From NCBI GenBank assembly GCA_040220235.1, contig JAVJTO010000039.1: 64,000 nt of DNA. The stretch is one strand, 5' to 3'. Under the pieces are notes generated by a model. It ran no database searches. It was not told the origin of the DNA and saw only the letters and a program-made list of their open reading frames with translations. A program made the position numbers and the translations under genes. The first letter of the stretch is position 1, and every line of letters begins with the position of its first letter. The stretch is from Coleofasciculus sp. B1-GNL1-01. Lineage in GTDB: Bacteria > Cyanobacteriota > Cyanobacteriia > Cyanobacteriales > Coleofasciculaceae. Positions 42,264 to 53,229 of this stretch are shown here, piece after piece.

Positions 42264-43583
42264 TCATTCCCAATACCCAATCTTTCCTCGTGGTTCCATT
42301 AGTGTCGCTTCAAAGGGGATAACTCCTACTTTTTCACTCTGAATAGAACGAGCGGCTTGTCGAGATAAATCCAGAGTTCTACCCGGAATATAAGGACCGC
42401 GATCATTAATGCGAACAATCACACTATGACCATTTTCTAAATTTTTGACCTTCAGATAGGTATCAAATGGTAAGGTGGGATGGGCTGCAGTCAAATCATG
42501 CTGATCGTAAATTTCCCCAGTAGCTGTGTACCGACCGTGAAAATAGGGGCCGTACCACGATGCTACACCTTCAATGGTACTCGATGTTTCAACTAATTTG
42601 TACATCTGCTTTTGGGCGTCTGCCAAACTTAATGGCGCTTGTCCTAAGGCTAGACGCAAGTTATTTGCCCATTCAATTGCCAGAAGTTCTCGATGCTGAT
42701 CTAAGTCTTTGGCTAGGGTATCATCCACTTTAAATAATACGCGATCGCCTGCTTTCACCACAGGTATCCCATCCGACAGCATAGCTCGTACCGATGAATT
42801 TATCTCCGATACATCAGATGAGTCACAGAACAACAGCGTGAGATTTTTCGCCATCTGTTCAGCCTGCTTTTGAGTCGGCAATTGGGCGATCGCTCGTCCT
42901 TTCACCACAACCTGGAATTGCTGCTTTTCTGGTACATCTGCTGATTTTTTCTTCCTTTGGGTATATTGCAAAAAGCCTCGTTTTACTCCTCTTACTTGAC
43001 TCCTTTTTCTGCCGCGAGTCCTGGTTTGAGCGAGTGGACGGATCAGGACAACCTCTTCAGTCAAGGTTTTATCGTTTGATTCGGCGGATTGACCCCACGA
43101 AAACAAATTCTCGATCAGTTTCCAGATTTTCTGGGGTAAGCTTATATCGGAGAGATGTCCTGACGTTGAGGAAGCATGATAGGTGGATTGGGATTTACTC
43201 CGATTATGGGGAGAATCTGACTTGGCGGGACAGGTAACCGATTCAGCCGTGTCCCGAAATGGATGAGTTCCAACAGTAACAGTTTGGGCTAAGGGAAAAG
43301 GTAAACTGCCTAAATCCTGAGTGAATCCTGAGTTAGCAAATGTCGTTACTGGAGACGGGTTAGACCTGACGTCTGAATAAACTGGAGAGGCAAAAAAACG
43401 AGAAGTTGGTTGTTCGAGTGGGCTGTTAACAACAGATAAAACTTTAGCAGGCAAAGCATTGGCAATATAATCGGGTACTCTTAATAGACCTTGGCTGGAT
43501 GCCAGCAAACAGCCCACCCAAGATGTTGTCCAAACTAATCCGAAAAAAGTCATGATATTAAATAATCCTGCCGTAGAATGCAC
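42264..43583 (-). CDS. rlpA: RlpA-family septal ring lytic transglycosylase with long N-terminal extension
   Basis: GVASWYGPYFHGR.TATGE..LTAAHPTLPF..VRINDRGP..LDLS. Confidence 0.88.
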   Translation of the reverse strand: MHSTAGLFNIMTFFGLVWTTSWVGCLLASSQGLLRVPDYIANALPAKVLSVVNSPLEQPTSRFFASPVYSDVRSNPSPVTTFANSGFTQDLGSLPFPLAQTVTVGTHPFRDTAESVTCPAKSDSPHNRSKSQSTYHASSTSGHLSDISLPQKIWKLIENLFSWGQSAESNDKTLTEEVVLIRPLAQTRTRGRKRSQVRGVKRGFLQYTQRKKKSADVPEKQQFQVVVKGRAIAQLPTQKQAEQMAKNLTLLFCDSSDVSEINSSVRAMLSDGIPVVKAGDRVLFKVDDTLAKDLDQHRELLAIEWANNLRLALGQAPLSLADAQKQMYKLVETSSTIEGVASWYGPYFHGRYTATGEIYDQHDLTAAHPTLPFDTYLKVKNLENGHSVIVRINDRGPYIPGRTLDLSRQAARSIQSEKVGVIPFEATLMEPRGKIGYWE

Positions 43584-43963
43584 TGCCGTGACTCATACCG
43601 TCATTCAGTATACAGACATCTGTAGGTTTCTGCTCACTTTTAGGACACAATGAAAGACGAGGCAACAGGCAATAGGCAACAGCGCAATAGGCAACAGTAA
43701 GATTTTTTGCAAGTACGTAGATACGTAGAAGTGTCGGCATCCTGATGATTGATTACCTTGCTGTTTTAGCATACACAAAATTCATGGCGCTGGCTTATTA
43801 ATAGGAAATTCTAATTGATGTATTTTTCATTTATTAATTAATAAAACCTAATTCGTCATTTGTCCTTTGTGCGCTCCCCTGCACCTCCACTCCCCAGCCC
43901 CTCTGCTTCCCCTGCGGCTTATGCAATGCTAGGATGACATTTGCCACGTCTGGTGAGGTATTG

Positions 43964-44947
43964 ATGGCAGAAACACTTTTCTTTAATGCGTTGCGTGCGG
44001 CTATTGATGAAGAAATGGCTCGTGATGACGCGGTATTCGTGCTTGGTGAAGATGTGGGTCACTACGGTGGCTCCTACAAAGTGACCAAGGATCTGTATAA
44101 AAAATACGGTGAACTGCGAGTTCTAGATACTCCTATTGCCGAAAATAGTTTTACCGGTCTAGCCGTGGGCGCAGCGATGACAGGGTTGCGACCGATTATT
44201 GAAGGCATGAATATGGGCTTTCTCCTCCTGGCATTTAACCAAATTGCCAATAATGCTGGGATGCTGCGTTACACGTCTGGCGGTAATTTCAAAATTCCCA
44301 TGGTGATTCGTGGACCCGGTGGGGTGGGGCGTCAACTGGGTGCGGAACATTCTCAGCGACTCGAAGCCTATTTTCAAGCGGTTCCGGGTTTAAAGATTGT
44401 CGCCTGTTCAACTCCTTACAATGGCAAGGGATTACTCAAAGCGGCGATTCGGGATGATAATCCGGTTTTGTTCTTTGAGCATGTTCTCCTTTATAACTTA
44501 AAGGAAGATTTGCCCGATAAGGAGTATGTCCTGCCTTTGGATAAAGCTGAGGTTGTCCGAGAGGGCGAAGATGTCACCATTCTCACCTACTCGCGAATGC
44601 GTCACCATGTTACGCAAGCGGTGAAGTCTCTAGAGAAAGAAGGGTTTGATCCAGAGGTGATTGACTTGATTTCTCTGAAGCCCTTGGATTTTGAAACTAT
44701 TGGCGCGTCGATTTGCAAAACCCATCGGGTGATTCTGGTGGAAGAATGCATGAAAACTGGCGGTATTGGGGCGGAGGTAACGGCATCAATTAATGATCGG
44801 TTCTTTGATGAATTGGATGCTCCTGTCTTGCGACTCTCGTCTCAAGATATCCCCACTCCTTATAATGGCACTCTGGAAAGCTTAACCATTGTCCAACCTC
44901 AGCAGATTGCAGAGGGAGTAAAAAAGATGTTGGCACTACAGATCTAA
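43964..44947 (+). CDS. pdhB: Pyruvate dehydrogenase E1 beta subunit
   Basis: [35 protein letters not shown]; canonical pdhB-secD-secF order. Confidence 0.97.
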   Translation: MAETLFFNALRAAIDEEMARDDAVFVLGEDVGHYGGSYKVTKDLYKKYGELRVLDTPIAENSFTGLAVGAAMTGLRPIIEGMNMGFLLLAFNQIANNAGMLRYTSGGNFKIPMVIRGPGGVGRQLGAEHSQRLEAYFQAVPGLKIVACSTPYNGKGLLKAAIRDDNPVLFFEHVLLYNLKEDLPDKEYVLPLDKAEVVREGEDVTILTYSRMRHHVTQAVKSLEKEGFDPEVIDLISLKPLDFETIGASICKTHRVILVEECMKTGGIGAEVTASINDRFFDELDAPVLRLSSQDIPTPYNGTLESLTIVQPQQIAEGVKKMLALQI

Positions 44948-45128
44948 CTCAGATCTTGCACCACTCCCCTTAAACCGCCTTGGGTTTAAACCCAAGGCTA
45001 AAAGCTCAAGTCAGCTAAAGCTGACTGGATAGGGATTTCGCTCTACTCAGCGTGGACAGTAGCTCGCTTGTCAAGACGTTGAGTTCTTGGCGGATGGGGG
45101 GCTTACTGAAAATGGTGCAAGATATGAG
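44948..45128. mobile_element. MITE with 16-bp TIRs between pdhB and secD
   Basis: CTCAGATCTTGCACCA (44948-44963) vs TGGTGCAAGATATGAG (45113-45128). Confidence 0.65.
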
Positions 45129-45172
45129 TATAAACAGATTAAGATAGCATTTGTTGCGGCGAGTCATAAGTT

Positions 45173-46579
45173 ATGCAAAGACAGCGTTCGTTAGTAGCCC
45201 TGATTCTAGTCCTGATCATTCTGGCAATCGTAGTGCTGGTGAAGATTCCTCTTCAGCAGGGACTTGATTTGCGGGGTGGCGCACAACTGACGATTCAGGT
45301 GAAAACCACAGAGGAGATTACCGAAATTGCGCCGGATCAGTTGGAAGCTGTGAGAACTGTGGTTGACCGTCGCGTGAATGCTCTCGGTGTTTCTGAATCT
45401 CAAGTTCAAACCATTGGCTCCGACCAAATATTAGTACAACTTCCCGGTGTGAATGATCCGCAACAGGCTGAACGGGTGCTAGGGGGAACCGCCCAACTGG
45501 ATTTCCGTAAGCAAATACCGGGTACAGAAGCCCAGCTTTCGATTGAGCAACAGTTGCGTCAGCAACTGCTATTTGAACAAGCCGCTCTACTGGAGAGTGA
45601 AGAGGGTGGTGATCCAGAGGCGATCGCAGAAAATCAAGCGGCTTTAGAACGCTCGAACGCCGCGATCGCAGAATTGTTTGAGAAGACAGATGTGACGGGG
45701 AAAAACCTCAAGGATGCCTTCGCGCAACCGACTCAAGCCGGTAATGGTTGGCAAGTCGCCATCCGTTTTGATGCGGCGGGGGGACAAGGATTTGCGGAAC
45801 TGACTAGAGACTTGGCGGGTACCGGGCGCAGTATTGGGATTTTCCTGGATGACTCCTTGATTAGTGCCCCCACCGTGGGTCCGGAATACGCGGAAACGGG
45901 GATTAGTGGCGGTAGTGCTGTGATTACCGGGAATTTTGATGTGCAACGGGCAAGTGACTTAGCCGCCCAACTCAAAGGGGGTTCGTTACCGTTACCTGTG
46001 GAAATCGTAGAGAATCGCACTGTCGGCGCTACGTTGGGACGAGACAGTATTCAAAGCAGCGTTTATGCTGCCATTGGCGGTTTAATTTTAGTCTTGCTGT
46101 TTATGGCAATCTACTATCGTCTCCCCGGTTTAATTGCTAATGTGGCGCTGAGTATCTACGCTCTACTCACCCTAGCCGCCTTTGCCCTGATTGGTGTAAC
46201 GTTAACTCTACCAGGAATTGCTGGGTTTATTCTCAGTATTGGTATGGCGGTAGATGCGAATGTGCTAATTTTTGAACGGACGCGAGAAGAATTACGCGAG
46301 GGAAAAACTCTATATCGCTCTGTGGAATCGGGTTTTTATCGAGCGTTTTCCAGTATTTTGGACTCGAACCTAACCACGTTGATTGCGTGTGCGGCTCTAT
46401 TTTGGCTAGGGTCAGGTTTAGTTAAAGGCTTTGCCGTTACCCTAGGAATTGGAGTTGTGATCAGTATGTTTACAGCCCTTACCTGTACTCGCACATTTAT
46501 GCTGTTGTTGGTTTTAGGATTTCCTGGAGTGCGCCAGAAGCCGCAACTGTTCTGTCCGAATCTGTCACCGTCTCAGTGA
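45173..46579 (+). CDS. secD: Protein translocase subunit SecD
   Basis: [40 protein letters not shown]. Confidence 0.97.
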   Translation: MQRQRSLVALILVLIILAIVVLVKIPLQQGLDLRGGAQLTIQVKTTEEITEIAPDQLEAVRTVVDRRVNALGVSESQVQTIGSDQILVQLPGVNDPQQAERVLGGTAQLDFRKQIPGTEAQLSIEQQLRQQLLFEQAALLESEEGGDPEAIAENQAALERSNAAIAELFEKTDVTGKNLKDAFAQPTQAGNGWQVAIRFDAAGGQGFAELTRDLAGTGRSIGIFLDDSLISAPTVGPEYAETGISGGSAVITGNFDVQRASDLAAQLKGGSLPLPVEIVENRTVGATLGRDSIQSSVYAAIGGLILVLLFMAIYYRLPGLIANVALSIYALLTLAAFALIGVTLTLPGIAGFILSIGMAVDANVLIFERTREELREGKTLYRSVESGFYRAFSSILDSNLTTLIACAALFWLGSGLVKGFAVTLGIGVVISMFTALTCTRTFMLLLVLGFPGVRQKPQLFCPNLSPSQ

Positions 46580-46804
46580 TGGGGTGATGGGGTGATGGGG
46601 TGATGAGGGGGCAGAGGGAGCAGAGGGAGCAGAGGGAGCAGAGGAAGCTGGGGGAGTCATGTAAAGAGATGCCATGACATCTGTGTGTAGGGGCGGGTTT
46701 AGGGACTAATATTGATTGTTATCGTTAGCTTGGCGGCAAAACCCGCCCCGACCAAATGACATAAGACGAATGACGAATGACATAAGACGAATGACGAATG
46801 ACAA

Positions 46805-47773
46805 ATGACCAAATTTAGTGTAATCAAACAGCGATCGCTCTGGTGGATCATTTCCGCCGTAATCATCTTGGCTGGTATCGCTTCCATGGCGATTTCTACG
46901 GCACAGCTAGGAGCGCCTCTGCGTCCTGGTCTCGATTTTGTCGGCGGGACACGTCTACAAGTTGAACTCGATTGTGGTGTACCCGGTAACTGCGACGAAC
47001 CGATAGAGCTGGCAGAGGTGCGCGAGGTTCTCAATGAACAGGATCTGGGTAATAGTACGATTCAGCGTATCGGTGCTGAACAACAAGGGTTGACAATTCG
47101 CACCAAAACTTTGGATGTTGAACAGCGCAGTCAGTTACAAAAAGCCCTAAGTGAAAGGATTGGGGAATTCGATCCAGCCGCGACTCAAATTGATACTGTA
47201 GGTCCAATCATCGGACGGCAGTTATTTACATCCGGTTTACTGGCATTACTCGTTTCCTTTGCCGGGATTCTGGTTTACCTCTCGTTCCGGTTTCAGTTTG
47301 ACTATGCTTTTTTGGCGTTTATCGCTTTACTTCATGATGTCTTGGTCACGTTGGGCATTTTCTCTATTTTGGGTTTAGTCCAAGGGGTAGAGGTTGATAG
47401 CCTTTTTGTGGTCGCTCTCTTGACAATTATTGGATTTTCTGTTAATGATACCGTAGTTATTTACGATCGCATCCGGGAGGTCATTGCCAAGCATCCCGAC
47501 CAACATATTGATCAAATAGTTGATGATGCGATTAATCAAACCCTTACCCGGTCAATTAATACCACGTTAACTACGGTATTAACGTTGGTGTCTATTTTCT
47601 TGTTTGGCGGAGAAACGTTAAAATATTTTGCCCTAGCCCTAATTGTAGGGTTTATCGCAGGTGCATATTCGAGTATTTTTGTTGCCAGTACCCTATTAGC
47701 ATTCTGGAGAGAACGCACGGGTCAAACCAAAGCCACTCAGGTTATCGAAGCTGAATTTTTGGACAAAGCATAA
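46805..47773 (+). CDS. secF: Protein translocase subunit SecF
   Basis: [36 protein letters not shown]. Confidence 0.97.
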   Translation: MTKFSVIKQRSLWWIISAVIILAGIASMAISTAQLGAPLRPGLDFVGGTRLQVELDCGVPGNCDEPIELAEVREVLNEQDLGNSTIQRIGAEQQGLTIRTKTLDVEQRSQLQKALSERIGEFDPAATQIDTVGPIIGRQLFTSGLLALLVSFAGILVYLSFRFQFDYAFLAFIALLHDVLVTLGIFSILGLVQGVEVDSLFVVALLTIIGFSVNDTVVIYDRIREVIAKHPDQHIDQIVDDAINQTLTRSINTTLTTVLTLVSIFLFGGETLKYFALALIVGFIAGAYSSIFVASTLLAFWRERTGQTKATQVIEAEFLDKA

Positions 47774-47794
47774 TCGGAATTGTCTTTAATTATA

Positions 47795-48211
47795 ATGGAG
47801 CCGTTAGACACTCAGTCTTCTCACAATATTCCAGATCACCTTGAGCCGACAATAAAGGTGAAAGTTCAGCGACTTCATCAACTTACGGTGTATGGTCGTT
47901 GGTTATTCGTGGGTATTCTCTGGATTAGTGTTGCTCCGCTGAGTCTTTGGGGTTGGCGTTATGAGTTATTGTTGTTGCAAGAGCATTTTACCTGGTCGGG
48001 TCTGCGATATAGTATTGCATTTAACCGCCTGCCTATTTTGGGTCTAGCTATCTGTGTGGGGACGACAACAGCAGTTTTAGTGTGGCAAAGTCGCAACATT
48101 TTATTTGGAATTCCGACCGCCGAAAAACAACGCTTGGCGCATCAGGTGCGTCGGATATGTCATCAAGGTCCGAGTCATCCGCTATGGAAATGGGTTTGCG
48201 ATCGCGGTTAA
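47795..48211 (+). CDS. Conserved hypothetical membrane protein
   Basis: LHQLTVYGRW..FTWSG.RY..QGPSHPLWKW; two TM segments; start at MEPL assumed. Confidence 0.7.
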   Translation: MEPLDTQSSHNIPDHLEPTIKVKVQRLHQLTVYGRWLFVGILWISVAPLSLWGWRYELLLLQEHFTWSGLRYSIAFNRLPILGLAICVGTTTAVLVWQSRNILFGIPTAEKQRLAHQVRRICHQGPSHPLWKWVCDRG

Positions 48212-48422
48212 GTTTGTCATTCGTCATTCGTCATTCGTCATACTCGCCTTCGCGAGAAGCAAGCTACGTCATTTGTCATTCGTCATTCGTCATTCGCCAT
48301 TTGTCAAAGAACAGGCAACAGGGAACAGGCAACAGGCAACAGTGTAAGGTAGAGTTTTGAGTTAACTCACGACTTCCCCAGCTCCCTCTACTTCCAGACG
48401 CGCCATGGCACGTCTCTACATT

Positions 48423-49109
48423 TCACCCACTAAACTGTTTCAACACTCCCGATATCATCATTGTGGCTTGGGTTGTGGATATGCTTAAACCAGTCATTTC
48501 CAGTGCAGGGAGAGCCGCTCTCAATTCAAATTTAAACTGAGCATCCTTGAGTTGAAATAGGGGAACAATTTGCTCTACGATTTGAATCTCAAAGATTTGT
48601 TCGAGTTGTGCGCTATCCAAGACTCCGTGACTTTTGAGCCATAACCCCAAGGGTTGGTGATTCAGGGAGCAACGCTGTAATAATTTGCTTAAGACGCGAT
48701 CGCTTACCCATTGATCTCGTCGAATCAGGGATATCAAACCCTGTCCATCGAACCGATTAGCGGCGGCGACTATTCGACCTTGAGCAATCCAAATGTAGTG
48801 ATTGGGGAAGTGTTCAATGTGTAGAGACGAGTTGATCGGCTTTGGTTTGGCTACAGGTGGTAACGTATGTTCAAAACTCGTCCTGACTGATTCTTGAGAC
48901 GTTCTATGGCGCGTCTTGAGGGTTGACGCCCTATCTTCCTCATCTCCCGTGTTTCCTCTAACGCTTACATCTGATTGCAAGTTTGTATCAGACGCGAAAC
49001 GGACAGCGCTAAAAGGATGAATTGCTAGTACACCTGTTTTCCCTCCTTTCTCAAGCCACTGAAAAATCGCTGGTAGAGGAAAATCAATTAAAGTGCCTTG
49101 AGTACCCAT
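48423..49109 (-). CDS. DUF4388/PATAN-domain protein
   Basis: G.LIDFPLPAIFQWLE.G.KTG.L.I..HYIW..QGRIVAAA..PLGLWLK..GVL..F.FE..LP.LEMTGL. Confidence 0.8.
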   Translation of the reverse strand: MGTQGTLIDFPLPAIFQWLEKGGKTGVLAIHPFSAVRFASDTNLQSDVSVRGNTGDEEDRASTLKTRHRTSQESVRTSFEHTLPPVAKPKPINSSLHIEHFPNHYIWIAQGRIVAAANRFDGQGLISLIRRDQWVSDRVLSKLLQRCSLNHQPLGLWLKSHGVLDSAQLEQIFEIQIVEQIVPLFQLKDAQFKFELRAALPALEMTGLSISTTQATMMISGVLKQFSG

Positions 49110-49962
49110 AATTTTAATCCTGATAATCAGCAAAAGTAAAGTAAAACCTTGAACCCTAACCGAGTTAAGATTCCACCCAAAGTCTACCACGATGATTGTC
49201 CACTATTTTCTCACACAGGGCTAAATCAATTATCTATTCCTGGATACTCTGTTTGCTATTCAGGTGTTGAAAAAATTGGGACATCTGGCGGCTACGTCTC
49301 AGAGCAATTTCTATGCCATTATCTCCGACCGAAAACCAGCATTCATCGTTCTGAGAAACAGCGCTAATATGAATGTTATGTGTATCCTGTGAGCGGTATT
49401 TTATCCCGTTTGTAAACTAACTAATCATTGCACTAATTGAGAATTTATTGCCCTGACTATGACTACGGGTAAATTACTGTGAGTTGACTATGGCTTGACC
49501 GTTTTGCATAGAGGGTTCTAGATGCGCGATCGCATGACTCATTTTCTGATTGCAATCCGTCGGCTGGAATGACGTTTGAGTTCTGTTTAGGCTTGAACAG
49601 ACTAATAAGTTTTCAAGTCGCTCATTCACTCGCGGCGTCTGTGTAATAACTCGCTTAATAAAGGCATTCTACATACTTATACCCTTCTACTTTGTCTGTT
49701 GGATAATGTTCTATAAGTAGTCGGACAAAAGAAAACGTCACTGTACTAAGTTTTGTACACAAGCCTCAAACCCTTACAAATGACGAATGACGAATGACGA
49801 TCTTCACCGTTCACGTTAATTATGTCCACCTACTTACTTTCCGCTCTGGTGTTCAGGATGAACCAAAATAGACATTTTTGTTGGAAAATGTTGGTTTTTG
49901 GCACTCTGTCCCTTAAAATAAACTTAAAGCGACTGAGTTAATGCAACACATAATGATACTCA

Positions 49963-51882
49963 ATGAATAGTATAGAAGCGCTAGCTGTCTTGAGTTCGAT
50001 GCTTCGTGATCCGCCACTGAGTAACATTCAAGAACAAGTCTTTCACTTGACTTGGCAAGGGTTAACCTATACGGAAATTTCGGCTAACATCGGATATGAA
50101 GAGAGTTATATTCGAGATGTTGGTGCTAAACTTTGGCAACGTCTTTCTCATATTATTGGAGAAAAAGTCACTAAAAATAATATCAATACTGTCTTTGAGC
50201 ACTATATTATCAACAGAACAAAAGATATTTCAGCCCAACCTCCCCTAGCCAACTCAAGCGATACTATGTTTAACCAAACCAGAACACCAGATCGGTTAGA
50301 ATTCCCTGGTAGTCCTTTGCCACTTAACTCCGAATTTTACATTAATCGCCCCCCTGTCGAAGAACTCGCTTACGCAGAACTTGGCATACCCGGCAGTATT
50401 ATTCGGATCAAAGCGCCCTCAAAGATGGGAAAAAGTTCTCTGCTGCAACGGATTATTGCTCAGGCTAAGGCGCAAGGATTCCATACAGTTAATCTCGACT
50501 TCCAACAAGCTGATGAAAGTGTTTTTATCAACCTGGATAAATTTCTGCGCTGGTTCTGCGCTAACGTCGCTCGGCAGTTGCAGATCCCACCTAATCTGGA
50601 TGACTATTGGGATAAAGATATTGGTAGCAAAGTTAGCTGCACCTTCTATTTTCAAGGATATCTGCTGGAGCAAATTGACACGCCGATTCTCTTGACCTTG
50701 AATGAAGTTAATCGGTTGTTAGAGTATGACACAATTGCCAGGGACTTTCTGCCATTACTGCGTTCCTGGCATGAAGAAGCCCAACTGGATGAGAATTTAC
50801 AACAGTTGCGTTTCATTGTGGTGCATTCGACTGAAATTTATATTTCTTTAAATATTAATCAATCTCCCTTTAATGTGGGACTACCGATTCTTCTACCAGA
50901 GTTGACGTTAGAGCAGGTGCAGGAGTTAGCCTGTCGTTACCAACTGGATTGGATGGATAATTCTCAAGCCGCCGACTTAATGGCAATGGTGGGAGGACAT
51001 CCTTATTTAATTCAACTGGCACTTTATCACCTACGTTATACTGATCTCACCTTGGCGCAGTTATTAGAGGAAGCACCAACCCTGGCGGGAGTCTATAGTC
51101 ATCATTTGCGGCGTCAATTCGCCACCGTGGAAAAGAATCCGGAGTTAGGGGCGGCGTTGCAACAGGTGGTGATGGCAACAGAGAGCGTGCGTTTAGATGC
51201 GATCGCGGCGTATAAGTTAGAGAGTATGGGGTTGATAAAACTACAGGGAAATCAGGCGACAATCCGATGTAAGTTATATCAGCTTTATTTGAAGGAACAA
51301 CTCTCCCTGGAATCGCCAACTGATCCGCGTATTGGACAGTTAGAGCAAGAGAATCAACAGTTAAAGTATTTATCAAAAATTGATGACTTAACCAAGCTGG
51401 CGAATCGTCGCACCTTTGACGATCACCTCGCCCAAGAATGGCAGAAATTAGCGGAAGAAAAGGTTCCCCTGGCATTGATTTTAGCGGATATCGACTTTTT
51501 CAAATTGTTTAACGATGCGTTTGGTCATCTGACGGGAGACTTTTGTTTAGAGCAAATCGCCCAAGCGATTCGGGAGTGTGTCAAGCATCCAGAGGCTTTG
51601 GTTGCTCGTTTTGGTGGGGAGGAATTTGCCATAATTATGCCACACATAAATGGAGAGCAAGCGGTACAATTAGCAAAGCAAATCCGAGAACGTGTCAAAG
51701 CCTTAAATATTTCCCATGATCCCTATCGGATGTGTGGATATTCCTCAATTATCACTCTGAGTTTGGGTGTCGCTGTGATGATTCCCCATCCAGATGATGA
51801 TCCATTAAAGCTGGTGCAGGCGGCTGATGAAGCACTATTTGAGTCAAAACGACAGGGGCGCGATCGCGTGACGATCCGGTAA
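49963..51882 (+). CDS. HTH + AAA_35 ATPase + GGDEF diguanylate cyclase
   Basis: N-terminal W.G.TY..I..GY...YIRDVG..LW HTH; APSKMGKSS and NQSPFNVG (AAA_35); DDLT.LANRR, DIDFFK and RFGGEEF (GGDEF). Confidence 0.9.
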   Translation: MNSIEALAVLSSMLRDPPLSNIQEQVFHLTWQGLTYTEISANIGYEESYIRDVGAKLWQRLSHIIGEKVTKNNINTVFEHYIINRTKDISAQPPLANSSDTMFNQTRTPDRLEFPGSPLPLNSEFYINRPPVEELAYAELGIPGSIIRIKAPSKMGKSSLLQRIIAQAKAQGFHTVNLDFQQADESVFINLDKFLRWFCANVARQLQIPPNLDDYWDKDIGSKVSCTFYFQGYLLEQIDTPILLTLNEVNRLLEYDTIARDFLPLLRSWHEEAQLDENLQQLRFIVVHSTEIYISLNINQSPFNVGLPILLPELTLEQVQELACRYQLDWMDNSQAADLMAMVGGHPYLIQLALYHLRYTDLTLAQLLEEAPTLAGVYSHHLRRQFATVEKNPELGAALQQVVMATESVRLDAIAAYKLESMGLIKLQGNQATIRCKLYQLYLKEQLSLESPTDPRIGQLEQENQQLKYLSKIDDLTKLANRRTFDDHLAQEWQKLAEEKVPLALILADIDFFKLFNDAFGHLTGDFCLEQIAQAIRECVKHPEALVARFGGEEFAIIMPHINGEQAVQLAKQIRERVKALNISHDPYRMCGYSSIITLSLGVAVMIPHPDDDPLKLVQAADEALFESKRQGRDRVTIR

Positions 51883-52004
51883 GAGGTTCCGGTGGAACGT
51901 CTGTCAATCAATTGTAGGGGCGTGTAGGGGCGGGTTTAGCCACTCAATCTTGAATCCCACCGATAATGTATGTAGCAAAACCCGCCCTGACTAACATCAA
52001 AGAT

Positions 52005-52416
52005 AAGACGTAGAAGGGCGGGTTTTGAATAAATTTAATCATCGATAGGGAGAAGAAAGTCCCTAAACCCGCCCCTACACCTTTAATTAATAAAATGGAA
52101 TCTTTTTTTTACAAGACGTAGAAGGGCGGGTTTTGAATAAATCTAATCATCGATAGCGAGAAGAAAGTCCCTAAACCCGCCCCTACACCTTTAATCAATA
52201 AAATGGAATCTTTTTTTGACAAGACGTAGAAGGGCGGGTTTTGAATAAATCTTGATCATCAATAGCGAGAAGAAAGTCCCTAAACCTGCCCCTACACCTT
52301 TAATTAATAAAATGGAATCTGTTTTTGACAAGACGTAGAAGGGCGGGTTTTGAATAAATCTAATCATCGATAGCGATAAGAAAGTCCCTAAACCCGCCCC
52401 TACACCTTTAATTAAT
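52005..52416. repeat. Tandem array of ~3.8 x 108-bp units, each containing a REP-like hairpin
   Basis: Units start AAGACGTAGAAGGGCGGG at 52005, 52113, 52221 and 52330; nearly identical. Confidence 0.92.
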
Positions 52417-52471
52417 ACAAATGACGAATGGCAAATTACAAATGACAAATGACGAATGACGAATTACCCAC

Positions 52472-53107
52472 TTAATCACCAATCACAAACAACGCCCGAT
52501 AAACAGGTTGTTTACAGGCTATTGTGTAGGTTTCTCGTTCGGTGGGAACAGGTAGAGGATTCGTGGCTAACCACTCGGTTCCTTGACGTTGAAAGGCTGG
52601 ATTCTCGGTAAAGCGATCGCACATTTCTTGGGCTACGGCTTCAACGTCAGATTGGATAAGAACTTCGCCACCTTTGACCAAGTATTTTGCCAACGTATTG
52701 ACCAATTCGGGTTTGACCACACGGCGTTTAGCATGTCGTTTTTTGAACCATGGATCAGGAAATTGAATGGTTACGCGCTTTAATAGTCCCTGGGGTAAAG
52801 AGGCTAAAATTGGTGCTAATGAGTTATCGACATTGCAAAATATAAAATGAAGATTATCTAATCCTAACTCCGCTACCAATTCTTGGGCTGTCTCAACTAA
52901 AGGTTCTCGAATTTCTAATCCCAGAAAATTCCAATCGGGGTTCTGGGTTGCCATTTCTAACAAAAACTCCCCTCTAGCACTACCGATATCTAGATGTAGC
53001 GGTTGCATGGGTTGATGATATACCTTTTCCCACGGGGGAGGCGTTACTGGAGTCAGGTATTTTTTACTCAAGGGATTGACATGTTGACGCACGCGAACTC
53101 TCGGCAA
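52472..53107 (-). CDS. trmB: tRNA (guanine-N7)-methyltransferase
   Basis: RVRQHVNPL, LDIGS.RG, GLEIR, QFPDPWFKKRH.KRR. Confidence 0.95.
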   Translation of the reverse strand: MPRVRVRQHVNPLSKKYLTPVTPPPWEKVYHQPMQPLHLDIGSARGEFLLEMATQNPDWNFLGLEIREPLVETAQELVAELGLDNLHFIFCNVDNSLAPILASLPQGLLKRVTIQFPDPWFKKRHAKRRVVKPELVNTLAKYLVKGGEVLIQSDVEAVAQEMCDRFTENPAFQRQGTEWLATNPLPVPTERETYTIACKQPVYRALFVIGD

Positions 53108-53229
53108 TGGTATCGCCTCCTTCTTTTGTCAGGTATTAGGTTTTGCTATTCTATCAAGAAATCAGTGATTGGTTTAGTTTTGTCAATAGTCCTCAAACCC
53201 TTACAAATGACATAAGACGAATGACGATA

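Noticed and set aside
52005..52416. Possible CRISPR array
   Set aside because: Whole 108-bp units are nearly identical, so there are no unique spacers; no cas genes are nearby.
52191..52448. 85-aa ORF
   Set aside because: Translation of the tandem repeat and heptamer array.
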